From the NCBI RefSeq assembly GCF_001949145.1, contig NW_019091355.1:181720-245719 (forward strand): DNA of 64,000 nucleotides. The letters run 5' to 3'. This DNA comes from Acanthaster planci (Eukaryota). Below, in pieces: positions 13,201-28,200 of the stretch. Made by a program: the position numbers and the translations under genes. Within the stretch, counting starts at the first letter, position 1. Each line of letters begins with the position of its first letter. A model generated the notes under the pieces. The model searched no databases, had not been told where the DNA came from, and worked only from the letters and a program-made list of their open reading frames with translations.

Positions 13201-16200
13201 GTGACACTCTTAGCGTATGTGTGGTGAAGTTGAAGCCTGAATGGCTCTAATCAACCATTTGTCAGGTCGTGCAGGCCCATGGGTATAAAGAATGGCTGTA
13301 GGTAGAGCAAAACAATAATAGAAAATTCAAATTTATCATTAACATGTGACGTACATCTATTTCCATTTTCTGTTTTTCTGGCATTTTGTCTTGTAACTGG
13401 TCCTCTCTGCAATGTTGCTATGGCAACCAGTGACTCAGTCAACCTCAGTAGGCTGGTTGTAAATAGCCAACTACACTAGTCCAACCATCATCAACTAGCA
13501 TGTATTCAATTGGAGTAGGTCAGACTATGGTTAACTAAGGTCCCTAATCAAACTTGTTCCTATCTGGTGGTGGGATACATGTCTTTTGGGAAGACTTGTC
13601 ATTCACATACTGTGTATAATTACTTGGGACATGTGATCTTTAGCAATGTTACCACATTTATGTTCACTGTAAGTCTTTGTTATGCCACTGTTTTATCTAA
13701 CAGGACATGAATGATCAATCTCCGATCTTCACAGAGAAAGTCTATGATGGCAATGTGTCAGAAGATGCAACAAGAGGAAGTATGTAATGAGGCTGTGCAT
13801 GGTGACAAGAGGGCGCTGTATGGCAAAGAATCCCTCAAAACCTGGGCATGTTTCAAATCTCAGTTTGATCTCAGACAACAGATTCAGGAATCCAAAAACA
13901 GTTCCAAATGCTTCCTTGTGATACTAAAGATACTCAAACCCTTGGCAGTGTGATGCTAATGTTTTGGGAAATGGAGCTATATGGAACTATGTAGAGCTTC
14001 TCAGCTTTGAACTAACAACTGAAGCCTGTAAGAGGGAGAGAAAGTGGAGATTTTGAAGTTTAAATCTTATGAATTATTGGTCAAAATAGTAACTCTAGTA
14101 ATACACATTCTACTACTGGGATTTTCAGGTTTTTGAGATGAAAGGTTAAGTCTATACTATACAAACAAAATGCAACCTGACTTCTTCAACTGATTGTTAG
14201 GATTAATGAATGTCAAAGAAGTGAATGAGTTTTGAAGATAAAAGTTTTTTCTTTTCTTTTTTGTGGCCATAACAGCGTTGGTCCTCAAAGTGAGTGCCAC
14301 AGACGATGACCAGGAAAACACTGTGAACTCTCGTATCGACTACTTCTTTGTCGATAGTGTCTCTGACTTCCGCCTTAGCATCGCTACAGGGGAGGTCACT
14401 GTGAACTCGGACAACTTGGATCGGGACATACAGGGGAATTATTCTTTAGAAGTAATTGCCATTGACCGAGGTGAACCTGCCAGAAATGGCACTTGTTATG
14501 TTAACATTACTTTGACTGATGTCAACAACAAGCCTCCTATCTTCAAAGACCAAGCCCCAACAGCCGAGATATATGAAAGTAGGTATCTGTGTTAAAGCAG
14601 CTTACATATAGCATGCTTGTTGTCATCTACATTCTCATTTCCAGGAAAGTTGTGATGATTTTGTAATTTTTCTATACTTGTCAGTTGCTTAACATTTGAT
14701 GAAATTTGTGAAGCTTCAAAGTTAAGTAAACAGTTGAAATTCAGTGCCTCATTAACAATAATATTGACAGAAATTTCCAAATGATGCCTCCTAAAACAAT
14801 GAATTTTCTACACAAACTTTTATTTCCAGCTTTCTCACTTGATATTTGGTAATTTAAGTTTTGATGATAAATTTAGGGTAATGTCTGGGCCATGATCAAT
14901 CCACAAAAGGCATATGACAACATCAGTATTTTTTCACAAATAAATACTATTATTTTGGTAATGAAGGACTACCTTACCTTTGTATGACATTGGGCTTCTT
15001 TCGAAGTACTCAACACATACATTTATTCTTTTTTATATCCAGATGCTACGGTGAACTCACCAGTTACCATAGTTACAGCAGTTGATCCAGATAAAACAGC
15101 ATATCTGTCATATACCATTATCAGTGTAGCAGCTTTGGATGAAGATGGAAACGATGTCTCGGGAAGCTTTGGAGAAAATTTTTGGATCGACAACAAAACA
15201 GGAGAAGTGTTCACAGGCGACACTTTAAATCGAGAAGTAGTAGCCACATTTGATATTAAAATAACTGTGGAGGATTTGAATGGACAGCAGGGTACAGATC
15301 AGGAAAACCAAGGTTTGTTCTATTGAACATACTTTGTATCATAAGAAATTTAACCTACAAGTCATTCAGCATAAGTCTCCATGCTTAGAATTTGCTCATT
15401 AAAAGTGGTGTATACTTGTGCAAGGCCGTGTTGGCACTGTTGTACACAGATGATGCATGTGGATCATCAGTAAATAGCTGATGCTTGTTCAATTCTACAA
15501 CTTTATGTCACCCCTCAATTTCAGTGTACCTTTCAAACACTATTTAACTTGCAAGTAGTATGTAGAATTTTAATCTACGTGTAGCTGTTCAAATTTATTT
15601 CAACTGCCAAACAAACCATATAGAGAAACTGACTAGATGTTTGCATATCATTTGTAGAGATAAACAAAAAAAATGACTAGAGTGGGATTTGAACCTGTAC
15701 CCTCCAGAACACCATATCAGTGCTCTGCCTGCTGAGCCCTACTTCTTCCCACATGCAAAATCTTTGTTCAGGGTACAGTAGCCAGAAAAGATAAAACATG
15801 ATTTATCCTGGGGCCATTACTCCTTAAAGACAGGGGGTTACCTGAGAAATGAAATGTCTCAAGGCTCAAATCATCAAATAATCCACGCATGTGCATGACT
15901 AGGTAATCCCTATTATAATAAATATGTCTTTTTAATTTGCAGTAACACTGATAGTCAACATTTTGGATATCAACGACAATGCCCCAGAATTTAGTGAAAC
16001 AAACTATCAGTTTACAGTGACAGAAAACACGGCTGTAGACACTGTCATATCAACTAGCATTGGGGCAACGGATAAGGACCAAGGTGACAATGCTGTGATC
16101 AGATTCAGACTTGCAGATGATGTTGATTCACTGATGAAGATTGACTCAACTTCAGGTACTTACAGATAAACCTTAATTACACCCTAATTATCACCAAAGT

Positions 16201-19200
16201 TCATATAGCGCCGAAGGTGTAAGATGAATAACTCTGCCCAAAAGATGTAATTACCATGGACTCCTTTGAGCGAGCGATACGCCTGTGTAGTTTACGGTAA
16301 TGCTTGGGCGCAGGCTCACCAGGTGCACATGCCCGCTGCTGCGCCTGTGCTTTAATGTGCATTGCGCAGGCGTATCGCTTGCTCAAATGGCACCTATGCG
16401 ATTACAACGTTTCACGTGTATTTACGGTGAAGTTCGCCATCTTGCGCCACTTTGCGGCGCTATATGATCTTTGATTATCACCCAAATTATGGTGTGCTAT
16501 GTGTACTAGTAGAATGCAGTCACAAGCTATAGTCTGTCTTTCCTAGAGAGATGCCTCTTACAAAATAAGATTATTTCAAAGATGGATTTTTGCCGGGGAG
16601 ATGAAATGAATTTTGGATTTTTGCCCTGCCCGACGTGTATTTTTTAACACTGTATACTCAGTGTATGCCCCCGAAGGCTTGCGAAAAAAGAAAAAAATAC
16701 ACGCCGGGCAGGGCAAAAATCCAGAATTCAGAAATAAGATTGTTCAGCAAATCAGGTGTTGATACTTACAACAGGCTTTTTTATTCCTAAGGCTGATTCT
16801 AAGATGCATGGAGATTCTTTTCAGTCTTCTCACCTAATACTCCAGCCTTGATTCTGATTTCTTCTTTCTCGAAAGGAACTCTCTCTGTCAATGGAACATT
16901 TGACCGGGAAAAATATCCAAACTACACTGCCTTGGTGGTGGCATTTGACAAAGGTTACCCAGAACTTTCAAGCGATGCAACTATTGTGATTATCATCAAT
17001 GATATCAACGACAACGACCCAGAGTTTAACACAAGTATGAACTACGAGGCTGAAATTCCTGAGAACTTCAAAAACCAGACAACCATTCTCCAGGCTATTG
17101 CTACCGATGCCGATGGAAGTGAGAAATTTGGCAGTGTAACATATGAAATCAGCGCCGGAAATCCAGATGACATATTCTGTGTTGATGAATTTGAGGTAAC
17201 AAGTTCCCCCCCGGCCAGTCATCTCAAATTTATAAATGTTTAACATTCAGGACTTTTAAAAAATGTTGGCTCAGTGTGGGTAATAAGTCTCACTCAACTC
17301 CTTCTTTTGACAGTGGTGCTATAGAGTACCAAAGTAAATATGTCACCGTGCACAATTATGAGTGTAAAAGGCATTAGCACAAAACCAAAGCCTGAACCAC
17401 CATGGATGCATACTCCATTCTTTTACACTACAGGTCCTAGCTCAAAATGAAGTCATACTTTGTATTCTTTTGTCAAACGGTCCAACCCAGTAAGTCATGC
17501 GACCTAGTGGGTATCAAACATCAACAAACACGGGTGTCCCCCTTGTGTCATTTAACCAAAATAAAGCTGGCCATCGGTATAGTACTCCGACTACTGATGT
17601 GCCGAGTGCTATACCAAAATTTGGCCTTATTTTTGGTAAGCAACACATAAAACACTCATTAGTATGAGAGGGCACAATGTTAGTGTGTATTTTATACCCA
17701 CTAAAGGTCAGGTGACTTACAGGGTAGCAGTGGTTATTACCTGTACTTGCTACTATGTTGCAGTGTTTGTTATCTTAGGTTGAGAAACAGCTTCAGTTGT
17801 GCTAATAATTTATTTGCCATTCACTCTTATAAAACTTCCAAACAAGAATGATTGAAATGTGTGGGTTTGTGCATATGTTTGTATTCAAGTACGGTTAGCC
17901 TGCCAATTCTTTCTACAAAGTATTCTGCGACAAAAAATTATACCGTGATGTGAATAATCAACTGTTACATATGGTTCAAACATATTACAACAGTTCTTCC
18001 CAGCATTAGATAATGCAATATGAACTGGTCCTGTAAGTCTCCTACAAATGATATATGAGAACATGGCATGTTTTCTATACCAGGGTGATGTGATGATTTG
18101 TTACGACAAAGAACTTGATCGAGAGGAGGAGGAAATATATAGGCTGACTGTTTCTGCCAGCGATGGAGAAAGAATAGCAAATAAACAGGTACGTCATGTT
18201 TACAAATTAATCATTGAAATGTTTGGCCAATATGTAATAATCCTAACCCTTCAAGTTACACATGTATTTTGGCTAGAAACCCTGTCAAACTCATCAATAA
18301 CAGGTCAATTATCCCAAAGGCTAAGTGCCTTAATGAGATCCCTTGTTCCCAGCTACCACACGAGTAGCAATGCACTAGGCTTCCATTGTCTCAGTGGTAA
18401 TTTAGTCTACTTTTGTTTGTAGTGGCATACCTGATACACTGTGTTATATTTGGCAGGAGGGTTCATCTAATAGATCTGCTTATTCCATTCCAGGTAGATA
18501 TATTTTTCCAAGTAATACATCTCAGTAGATTCAACTGCAGTTAGTGTCGCTAATAAGCAATACAGACTGTCCCAGTTGTCCTATGCTGGAAATTGAATAA
18601 ACGAAAATTTTTCAATTGCAAATCAGACAAAGAGGAATAGTTCTTGTCTGTTATTGAGATTCCACCCTGTTAATTTATTTACAATGCCAAAATGACTCCT
18701 TTTATCAAATTCTAACTCCAAGTGCTTTTCTGAATAACATGAATGACAGTATAACATAGCACCCTGCTCGGTATTTCTCATTATTAACCTTTTCAGGTGA
18801 CAATCAAAGTCCTGGACATTAATGATAACCCACCTGAGTTCACCTCTCAGCCTGGTAAGTTATTTCTTCAAGAAAGTGTTGATGTTGGACAGTTAGTGAC
18901 AACCCTCACTGCCACAGACGTGGATGAACCAAACACCAACAACAGTAAAGTGGTCTATGACATCTCTGCAGGAAATAGCCGCGGTAAGTCTCCTCTGTCC
19001 ATTTTTGAAATCTTGTCTGCTTAGAAAATGCAAATATTATTAAAATAACTTTCAGAGGTTTATATTATGTAACTAAGCCCCGTGTAATGAGAAATGGATA
19101 CAACTGTGGTACAGGTACATTCCCCTTTTCCAGTTAGGTCTTGTAACTGACGTAATAAACATAGTGTGATTTTGTTAGTTTCTTTACGTGGCTAAGTGAA

Positions 19201-22200
19201 GCCAACAAACTTTCATCACATTGATTTTGGTAACCACTTTATTATTTCACAATAAACAAGTTCTAGGCAGTGTTACATTGTGCCCCAAAACACATCGTTT
19301 AACAAAGGAGCTACACCTGTATGTACAAACTTTTATATTCAAGCACCACAAATACACGCTGCCAACAATCATTTGTACAATATCTTTTCGGTAATTCTTT
19401 CAGTAACTTTATTTTTTAGTGATACATAGTGATACGTCAATTACTATTAACGTTCTCCACTTTATTATATCAACAGTGAAGACTTTACTCATCGATCTTC
19501 CAGCCTGAACTGGTCAAGGAAATGGAAACATTACAATTTATGCCAAACATGTTTAAGATATTGCCCAATATAGATGACAAAGTGACAAATTTGACCACAA
19601 CTCCATGAAACAAGCAAGATGCTGCATGGCATGGACAATGTGCCCTTGCTTCATGATAAGAAAAGCGAACATTTGTAAAAACAATATGTTAGAAGAGATA
19701 AACATAATCACGTGGTTGCCAACAATATGTTAGCAATTATTTGTCACAGGAATACATCCTGAAATAAATATATCAGTGTCAAGACGGTAGCTACTGTATT
19801 CAATTTTATCGTATTTTTCTTGTTTTATTTTGTCATTAGGACTTTTCGAAATCACCACAGAAAGAGGTGGAGGAGTAATTCGTACAGCTGCAAGCCTTAG
19901 CAATGAAGTTGGTGTTTACAACTTGCATGTGGTTGCCATGGATGCAGGGATGCCACCTCTGAAATCAGAACCCTTATTTCTGGCAATTGAAGTCACAGAT
20001 GTAAATGACGACACACCAGAAATAATATTCCCCAGAGATCTTGATGTTTTCTACATTCTTGAGGTGGGTGCATGCTGTCACAAATTTGTGTCAGAAGAGT
20101 GTTTTGCATACAATCCCATCAGTTCAATTTCCAGAGATGAAGCCTTACCATGTGAAAACTTTTGTAATAAGCTGGAGTCCTGTTATCGCATTTTTTTGAC
20201 AATAATTGCACCCTCATTGAATCTTGCTGGTTTTAATTTTATTTCAGAATTACACAGGATTTGTGTTGAATGTTACTGCAAAAGACACAGATTCCGGACC
20301 TAATGGAGACGTCTTTTTCAGGTTTATTGATTCTGTTGGTGAGAACGGCCTGGATAGCAAATACTTTGATATGATCCAGGTGGATAACTACACAGTTGCA
20401 ATAAACATTCATACTGTAACTGACCGAGAAACCAAGGAGATATATGAAGTAAGTAACCAGCATCAGGTTGTTATTTTTTGGTAGAGATTCTGTGAGGACA
20501 ACTTGTTGGTCTAGTGAACATTCATTCATCTTGGCAAGCAATGGTCCAACCAACAATATGGGGTCCTGCCAGTCAGGTCCACTTGACCTGGTAACAAGCC
20601 ACCTGTTCTTCCATTAAGCAAATAAGAGGAGAATTCCTTAATGCCTAACAGCCTGGGCCAAGCTTTGAGACCTGACTCTGAACAAAAGAGGTCTGCTAGG
20701 AGTACTGCTAACTTGACGTGTCTCTTGAACAAGTTTCTTTCTCACAAACTACTAAAGTTTTGATGGATTTATTTTGACATCAGCTGAAGGTCGAAGTGAA
20801 AGACAGAGGCCCATTTCCACTTGCATCCCAAATCTCCTTCACAGTCCAAGTCAACGACACAGATGACAATGAACCACTCTTCTGGGTGAGTTGTATCAAG
20901 AACTAACTAGAACTATGTCTTTCAGATACTTCACCTTTTTGTATCAATTCCCTATCGTTTTAATTCCTTGGTAGTAGAATGTTGCATTTGAAGCACATCA
21001 ATACAATTTGCCTTGAACAAAACTCTGGAATCAAAGTTATGCACTTACTGAGTCTTTAAAAGTTTATTGCATCAGGCACCTGCATAGTTACAAGATGTAC
21101 AGTCCATGATCAATTAAGGGTTTGTTTTTGGTAATGAGTCCACTAATTGATATATTTTTAACAAACAGTGATTTTTTTTTGTTGAACAGACCGATCCATC
21201 CAATAAACCAGCGGCGGAATTTAGTGTTTTGGAGAATGATGGCTCTGCAGTAATTGGCTCTGTAGATTTCGCTGCTGACGCTGATGAACCTCAAAATTGG
21301 CATATCTACTATTTCATCGTTGGTAAGATAACCCAGTGCCAAGTCTCAGCTCGAGTGCTCCAACATGTTAATAAAACTCAAAGGATCCTCAGAATACAAC
21401 AAAACCATTCCATAGGAAAATGGAGGTTATCGGAAACTTGTGTGTGATTGGACGGTTGAGTGCCTGCAGTGTGGGTTTTATTACAGTGAGCCCCACACAA
21501 AGATTTAAATCACAACAGAAAAAAACAGAGAGAGGCATGTTAACTGATTTAAAACATGACATTCTGACAAATTTGTGCTGGGCTAAATACTCTCTTTAAT
21601 TTTTGCCTCAAACTCCTGTTTTATGCATTTAATGCTTTTGCAGATTTCATGAAGTCTTTCATTTAAAGTGACATTGCTTTAAAGAAAAACTTATTTTTGC
21701 AGTATCTTCAGAACCCTTACCCACCCACATAAGGGGGATATTCAGCTGGTGCTGTTGTTGAAATTGTTGGATGACTTGCGCTAAAAATTCTTTCTTTTGA
21801 ATTGTGAATAAAGATGGAAACAGTGAAGAACAAGCCAAGGAGTCATTCAAACTCGACAAGACTTCTGGAGAGCTCTCCCTGCAGAAACCACTAGACCGTG
21901 AACAAAACCAAACTCATATGCTGGTTGTCAAGGTGACAAGTGATGAGGATTTCATTCCAGTAGCTCCAATTCCATACAATGAAGACGACAACACCTTACT
22001 GCCTGTTACTGTTACAGTTAAGGATGAAAATGACAATGGCCCTGCTTTCTATGTTGAAGACAAACTTTACACCGGAGGTAATTGTCAATTTACTTTGAAA
22101 AATAAAATAAATATAAATCGAAGGAATTACACAAGCAAAACTAAAAGGTTCAGAATGCTAGTGCATGAGTAGAGTAATCAACTCAAATTTCACAATTATT

Positions 22201-25200
22201 ACAGAGTCATTTTGAAAAGAAACGAGTTGACTCTTGCATACATATATGAATATTTCCCCTTTGGTTCATCATTGCTTAACCACTACCTACCGGGGACTCC
22301 GAAATCGGAGACGTATGGTTTATATGCGTGGCCAGGATCTCCGAACTCAGACAAAGGAAACAGGGCCCTGTAANNNNNNNNNNNNNNNNNNNNNNNNNNN
22401 NNNNNNNNNNNNNNNNNNNNNNNNNNNNNNNNNNNNNNNNNNNNNNNNNNNNNNNNNNNNNNNNNNNNNNNNNNNNNNNNNNNNNNNNNNNNNNNNNNNN
22501 NNNNNNNNNNNNNNNNNNNNNNNNNNNNNNNNNNNNNNNNNNNNNNNNNNNNNNNNNNNNNNNNNNNNNNNNNNNNNNNNNNNNNNNNNNNNNNNNNNNN
22601 NNNNNNNNNNNNNNNNNNNNNNNNNGCAGTGCACTGAGCCAGGTTCATGAACAAAAGACAGATATACAACGCACAATCTTGGCTCTGTTTACAAGGCTGC
22701 TGGCCTGGCTGAAATACTCGGGCGTCAATGAAGGTCACCTGTCAACTTAGAGTAGTGCCTAAAGATTACTTCGTGCGGCTATAAACGACCGTTAAATGAA
22801 ATGATGAATTTTTGAAAGATTTTGAAAACGGAAAAAATGATAGTCATGCCGGCCCAGCATCAACAACATTAAAAAATGCCCCGTCATGAAGTGGTTAAAG
22901 TGAATTTTACCCATAAAAGGTGAAGTAGGATCCTTGCTACCACTTAGGTGGAAATTTACAAGCTTAGCAGAATCTTGCGTTTAAGCACAGATCATTGGAA
23001 AAAGCCTCATTTGGGGTACGTGCAAGTGTACCAAATGCCACAACAGTGTCACTAGATCAATTATTCTTTATTGCTTTCTTTTGTGACTTAGGTGTGAAGT
23101 ATAATGCTGAGTTTGAAAGCGAGGTCATCAAAGTGGAAGCTATAGACAGTGATGTTGGTGAATATGCTATTGTGGTATACAAAATTACAGAACAAAAATA
23201 CACAAGCACAGGTAAGACATTGCACTGGTTAGACGTGTTGATTAGAACTTCAATTTATTGCAGGCTTCAGAAATTCTTTTGGTTTCAGTTGATCTAGTTG
23301 TAGTTAATTTACTTCAAAAACATTTCGAATTGGCAGTTTTTCTTCAAGCTGTGTTAGTCAAAAACTTCTTAAAATAAGTTGGTCTAAAGCTGTCTCAAAA
23401 CTTTTTATTTGTTTGCCACAGCAACTTGAAAACAGATTTTGTAGACAATAAAAACATTTTACACATCTTGAGGGTTGTTCGGAGGCTCAAGTCAAAGTGG
23501 TACAAAAGGAAACAAAGCTTTAATCTTGTGTTATGTTAAAGAAATTGTGTTTTGTTCAATTCAGATGGGGTTGTACGAGAAGACAACGCCTTTGCCATCA
23601 TTGAAAGAACAGGCTCTGTGATCACCAATAGGGTCTTTGAAAAAGGCGATGCTGGGTACTTCACTATCAGGGTAGAGGCTAGTGACAGCAAAAACGATGC
23701 ATTCAAAGACGAAGCAACAGTTTCGGTAATGACCAGGCTAGGGAAAGTTTATTCAAATCTTAATTTTATCTCTAGTGTCTACTACATACTCCACTGTATT
23801 TTATTATTTGAGATGCCTCACTCCAGTCAATGAATGTTAGCTTCCCAACAATCATTCTGTAACATTAGGCCTGATGGATTATTAGATGAGAGTTTTAGCC
23901 AAAACATGAGGTCAAGCTAGCATTTAGAAAATGGACTTTATTGTCACACCTTACCTTTTATTAAGGTATGAAGATGATGATTTGTGGTTACAGCAATGTA
24001 GCATTTATTTCTTCTTGGAAGAAGTATGGATCTGGAAAGATATGTCCTATGTTGTTATACCTGCAAACTAACATCTACCTCGGTATCACTCCACGCAAAG
24101 TCTCCAATCCTAATCTTTTGTTGTTTTTTTGCATCCATTGCCGAACCCAGATCAGATTGACTGAATAAGGAAGATTTATGGTAGTAACAGTTGTTTATAT
24201 TTAGAAAGAAGAAAATCATGTGACTTCACTTTCATTTGATTCCCTGTCCTGTCAGATCTACATCTACAGTGAAGAACAACAAGTTGAAATGACAATCTTC
24301 AAATCCACTGATGAGGTCCGAGGGTACGAAGAAAGATTTAAAGAGTAAGTGCATTGTATTTGCATAAACCTAAGTTACATTTAATACCAGGAGTTGTTGG
24401 TGAACAAATTGTCCAAAGGATAATAAAACCAACCAGCTCTCTTTAAAACCATGGACTGACCACCATCTTATTGGTGATGACCAGATAACAGACTGAATGA
24501 GTAATCAACAGACTGATGACCAGCTACTTGCTAACTAATGAGTCAACCACAGTAGACACATGCTGATGTCTGAATTAAAGAAAAATCAGCCAGCCAGTAG
24601 CTCACAATTGCTTATAACATTAGCAATTTATGGTGGATTGCGAGAGATAGAGTTGCCTCCAAGAGACAGTAAAAACCAGCTCACAATGGATCTGTTGGCT
24701 TTAAGTGAGCAATATAAAAATCTAGGACTGTCTACATCTTGCAAAATGTAACAAAAGCAAAGATGCCTTCAAATTGATGTAGGTATTTCATATTCCTGTG
24801 AATGTAAACGAATGAAAAACTGTTATACGACAGACTGTAGTATTTACCACTGGGCACTACAGGGAACATAAATATATCTAACCCTGTGCTAAATCACCCA
24901 TGTGCCCATCTGGCCCCTCACTAGTAACTAAGAGAAGCTTGGTTAATAATCAAATGCCATTTACACTGCTGGGCATTCATCAGCCAAACATTTGTTACCA
25001 CAATCCTTAAATCATTACTCCCTGTTGTCATTTCTTTGACAGTGTCATTGAGGAAATCATCTTGAAGTATGGTGTCCTTAATTCCAATCCTTCAGTCAAG
25101 AGGGCAACCAGTGCCATCACTCCCGCTGTTGTCATTGATGATATCCAAATCTTGGTGGTTGATGATGCGCCTAAGCCAGGATGGTTTGTTATTCTGATTG

Positions 25201-28200
25201 CAGTTCCTACATGCAATACAAGAAGATTTAGCTCTAGAACCATCAATTTAAAATCTCTCTTTCTGCATGCTGTCTGTATGGTGAAAACAGCCCTCATTGA
25301 ACTCTTTTCAGATCTAAACAGGTGACCTCGCTTTCCTGTTTTCCTGTGAAACACTGTAACACATGAAACCACTGAACTGAAAATTTTAAACAGCGACAGA
25401 ATTGGTGAATACAAGTTCTGAGAAATCTAATTGATGTTGGTTCCCAAAATTGAATGGACAATTTCTGTATTCAGTGCTAATGGAGAATCATACTTTGAAG
25501 AATATGCATGGACCAGAAACTGAAATCTTTGTTGCTTCAGCTAGGCATCCTGTGGAGATTCAATCAACTACATTTGTTTTTCTTTAGGAGCATCATGAGA
25601 TTCCATGTCACCAACAAAGCAGATAACACCATCATAGCACCAAGTGTCATTGTAAAGTAAGTAAACAAGTGCCCTCTCTGGACAAAACAAAAACATGGTC
25701 TTAAGAATTACTTCTGATTGACAAAGACGTTAGGCAATAAATATCTCTCTAAATATAGACTGGTGCTGATGTAAAAGTAATATACATGTACTTAATGTGC
25801 TGTCTCATTCACCTGGTTATCTTGTATTAGAAGGAGCATAACCATGTATCACGCAGATTGACAACCTTATAAATGTCAGCATTGGATTTTGCAAACACAT
25901 TTTGCACTTATATTGTAGGCTTTCTGAAATTTCAAAAGCATATGTGGTTTGACAAGTTGTGAACTTTTTTTCAGAGGAGTTTTAAAAATGTAAGTCTGTG
26001 GTCTTCAGAACTGCTTCAAGCAATACTGAACATATTTTACAAGTTTCTGATGAGAAGCTTGTTTTCCTGGTTGACGTTTTATGTTTTCCTGTCTGTTTGG
26101 ATCTAGAGCCATAGATGATGCATATGACTACACGGAGATTATTCGCACTGAATTTGGCGTGGAGGATGTAGTAGTAAGTAAAAAGAACTCCCCGTTTATT
26201 GAAAATTTCAAAATGATTGATATATATAGTGATTGCACAAACAGTGGAATGGACCAATCACTTTGTTATTGGGAGATTAATTCAAGGACAGTCAATGGGA
26301 TAAAATTTTGAGGACATAGTAAAAAAGGATGTATTATGGAAATTCAACAGAACATTTCAAGTGAATTTCCTGTGCATGAACTGGCTTAAGAAATTCCCCA
26401 GTTTTGGAAGAGGCAAGACTGGTAAACTTTAATACCTGAATGGACTCTAATGTAATAACTTAGCAACCAACATAATAGTGGTTGGTTTTGTAATAGCTGC
26501 TGTTACTAGCCTTACTTTCAGTCTTCTTAACAAGTCAATGCACAAAGCGGAGTAGCCACTTTGATCTAGGAATAAAGTCCTATACAGATTGCACCCACTT
26601 TCATTACTGGTAAGCGGAGTAGCCACTTTGATCCTGGAATAAAGTCCTATACAGATGGCACCCACTTTCATTACTGGTTTGATTGTTGATTGGATAGTTG
26701 ATTGACTAGCTTTGCTGACGTGTATGTCCTGATAGATTGCAATTCCTCCCACTGAGCCGCCACCAGACTTGACTTGGATCCAGTGGCTGCTGGTTGGTAT
26801 CCTGTGTGCTGTTGTGGTGTTTGCTGTTGGACTTGTGGCTACCATCTGTATCATGCGCTCTGGGTAAGGATGTTTCAAAGATACCTCAAGGTAACTGGAG
26901 AGGTTGATCTGTAGCCCCACCAACTATTTTGTCCTGTCTTGTGCCAAAACTTGCCAGTGACATAACTTTTCAATTGCTAGCAGGTGGGTTACTCATGCAA
27001 GAAGTAGTAGGAAATGGGGATTCTGGATCAGCTCACCCCTCTCCGAGACTTCCCCCTACCTAGGGACTTTCCAGAATCCCCTGTTCCCTACTAAAGAATA
27101 AAACCTCAAATTAAGGCTGGAAATGTCTCAAAAGTCTAAACAATGATATAAGCATCATTGACCAGGTATAACGGTACAGCTTGACAATATGTAAAACCAG
27201 CAACTCTGATTTTTATTGACTTCCATGATTGCTGACGGGCTACCTTTCATTCCATAAAAAGTATTAATTAAAAAAACCTGCTTGACTGGTGCCCTTCGCA
27301 TCATGTCATCTGATTGGCTAGTTATAAACACTATCCCACCCAGTTAACCACCAGGGCCCAATTTCACAGCGCTGCTTAACAGTAAGCAGAAAAGTCATGC
27401 TAACTTCAGCAGAAAAATGTGCTAACCTTAAGTACTGTTTCATGGCGGTGCTTGGCAAGGTTTAATGATAACAGTTGAGATTTCGATTGCTACATCACTA
27501 AGTGTAAGCAAATCTTTCCTCCAAGGTTAACATGCCTTTGGCTGTGCTTACTGCTTACAGTCTCCATGAAATACGCGGAGCCTCTGTAAGTGTGTAATCG
27601 GATGCTAAGCAGTGCTGTGAAATTGGGCCCAGGCAGGGAAGGGTACCAGCTAATAAGCGAGCTGATTGGCTACACTTTGCTAAATCTGCGCTCAAAGGTA
27701 GCCAGCTCATCGGCCAGTTGGTAGCTCCACATTTGATCGACCAGTTAGTTTGTATATTCCTCGCCCAGTATTTTCATCAAGCCCATCCTTATGAGATAAC
27801 TGATCTTATGAATTTTTCCATCATAGCTACAGGAGAAAGCTTCGTGCAGCAACAGCAGGCACCTATGAGCGGATTATTCCTTCCTCCAATGCAAACCATG
27901 CACCCAACACCAACCAGTTTACAGAGCCTGGGTAAGTCACTCCGTCAAACACGAAACAGATCCAGTCATGAATATATCTGCTGTATTTTTCTTCTTTCTG
28001 TACTTATGTACACATATATTTCATCACTCACACCATGAAGTGATTGACAGAATTATTGTTGCATGCAGCGAAATAACGAATTAAATATTTGAAATAACGA
28101 ATTATTCATCAGAAATAACGAATTACTAATTCGAAATAATGAATTACGCATCCGATATAACGAATTACTAATTTGAAATAACGAAATACACATCCGAAAT

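Noticed and set aside
15675..15742. Functional tRNA gene
   Set aside because: A and B boxes are present, but the stems and anticodon arm are degenerate; better explained as a SINE head.
24472..24523. C/D box snoRNA (GTGATGA...CTGA)
   Set aside because: Too short, embedded in degenerate GACTGA/ACCA microrepeats, and no recognisable guide sequence.
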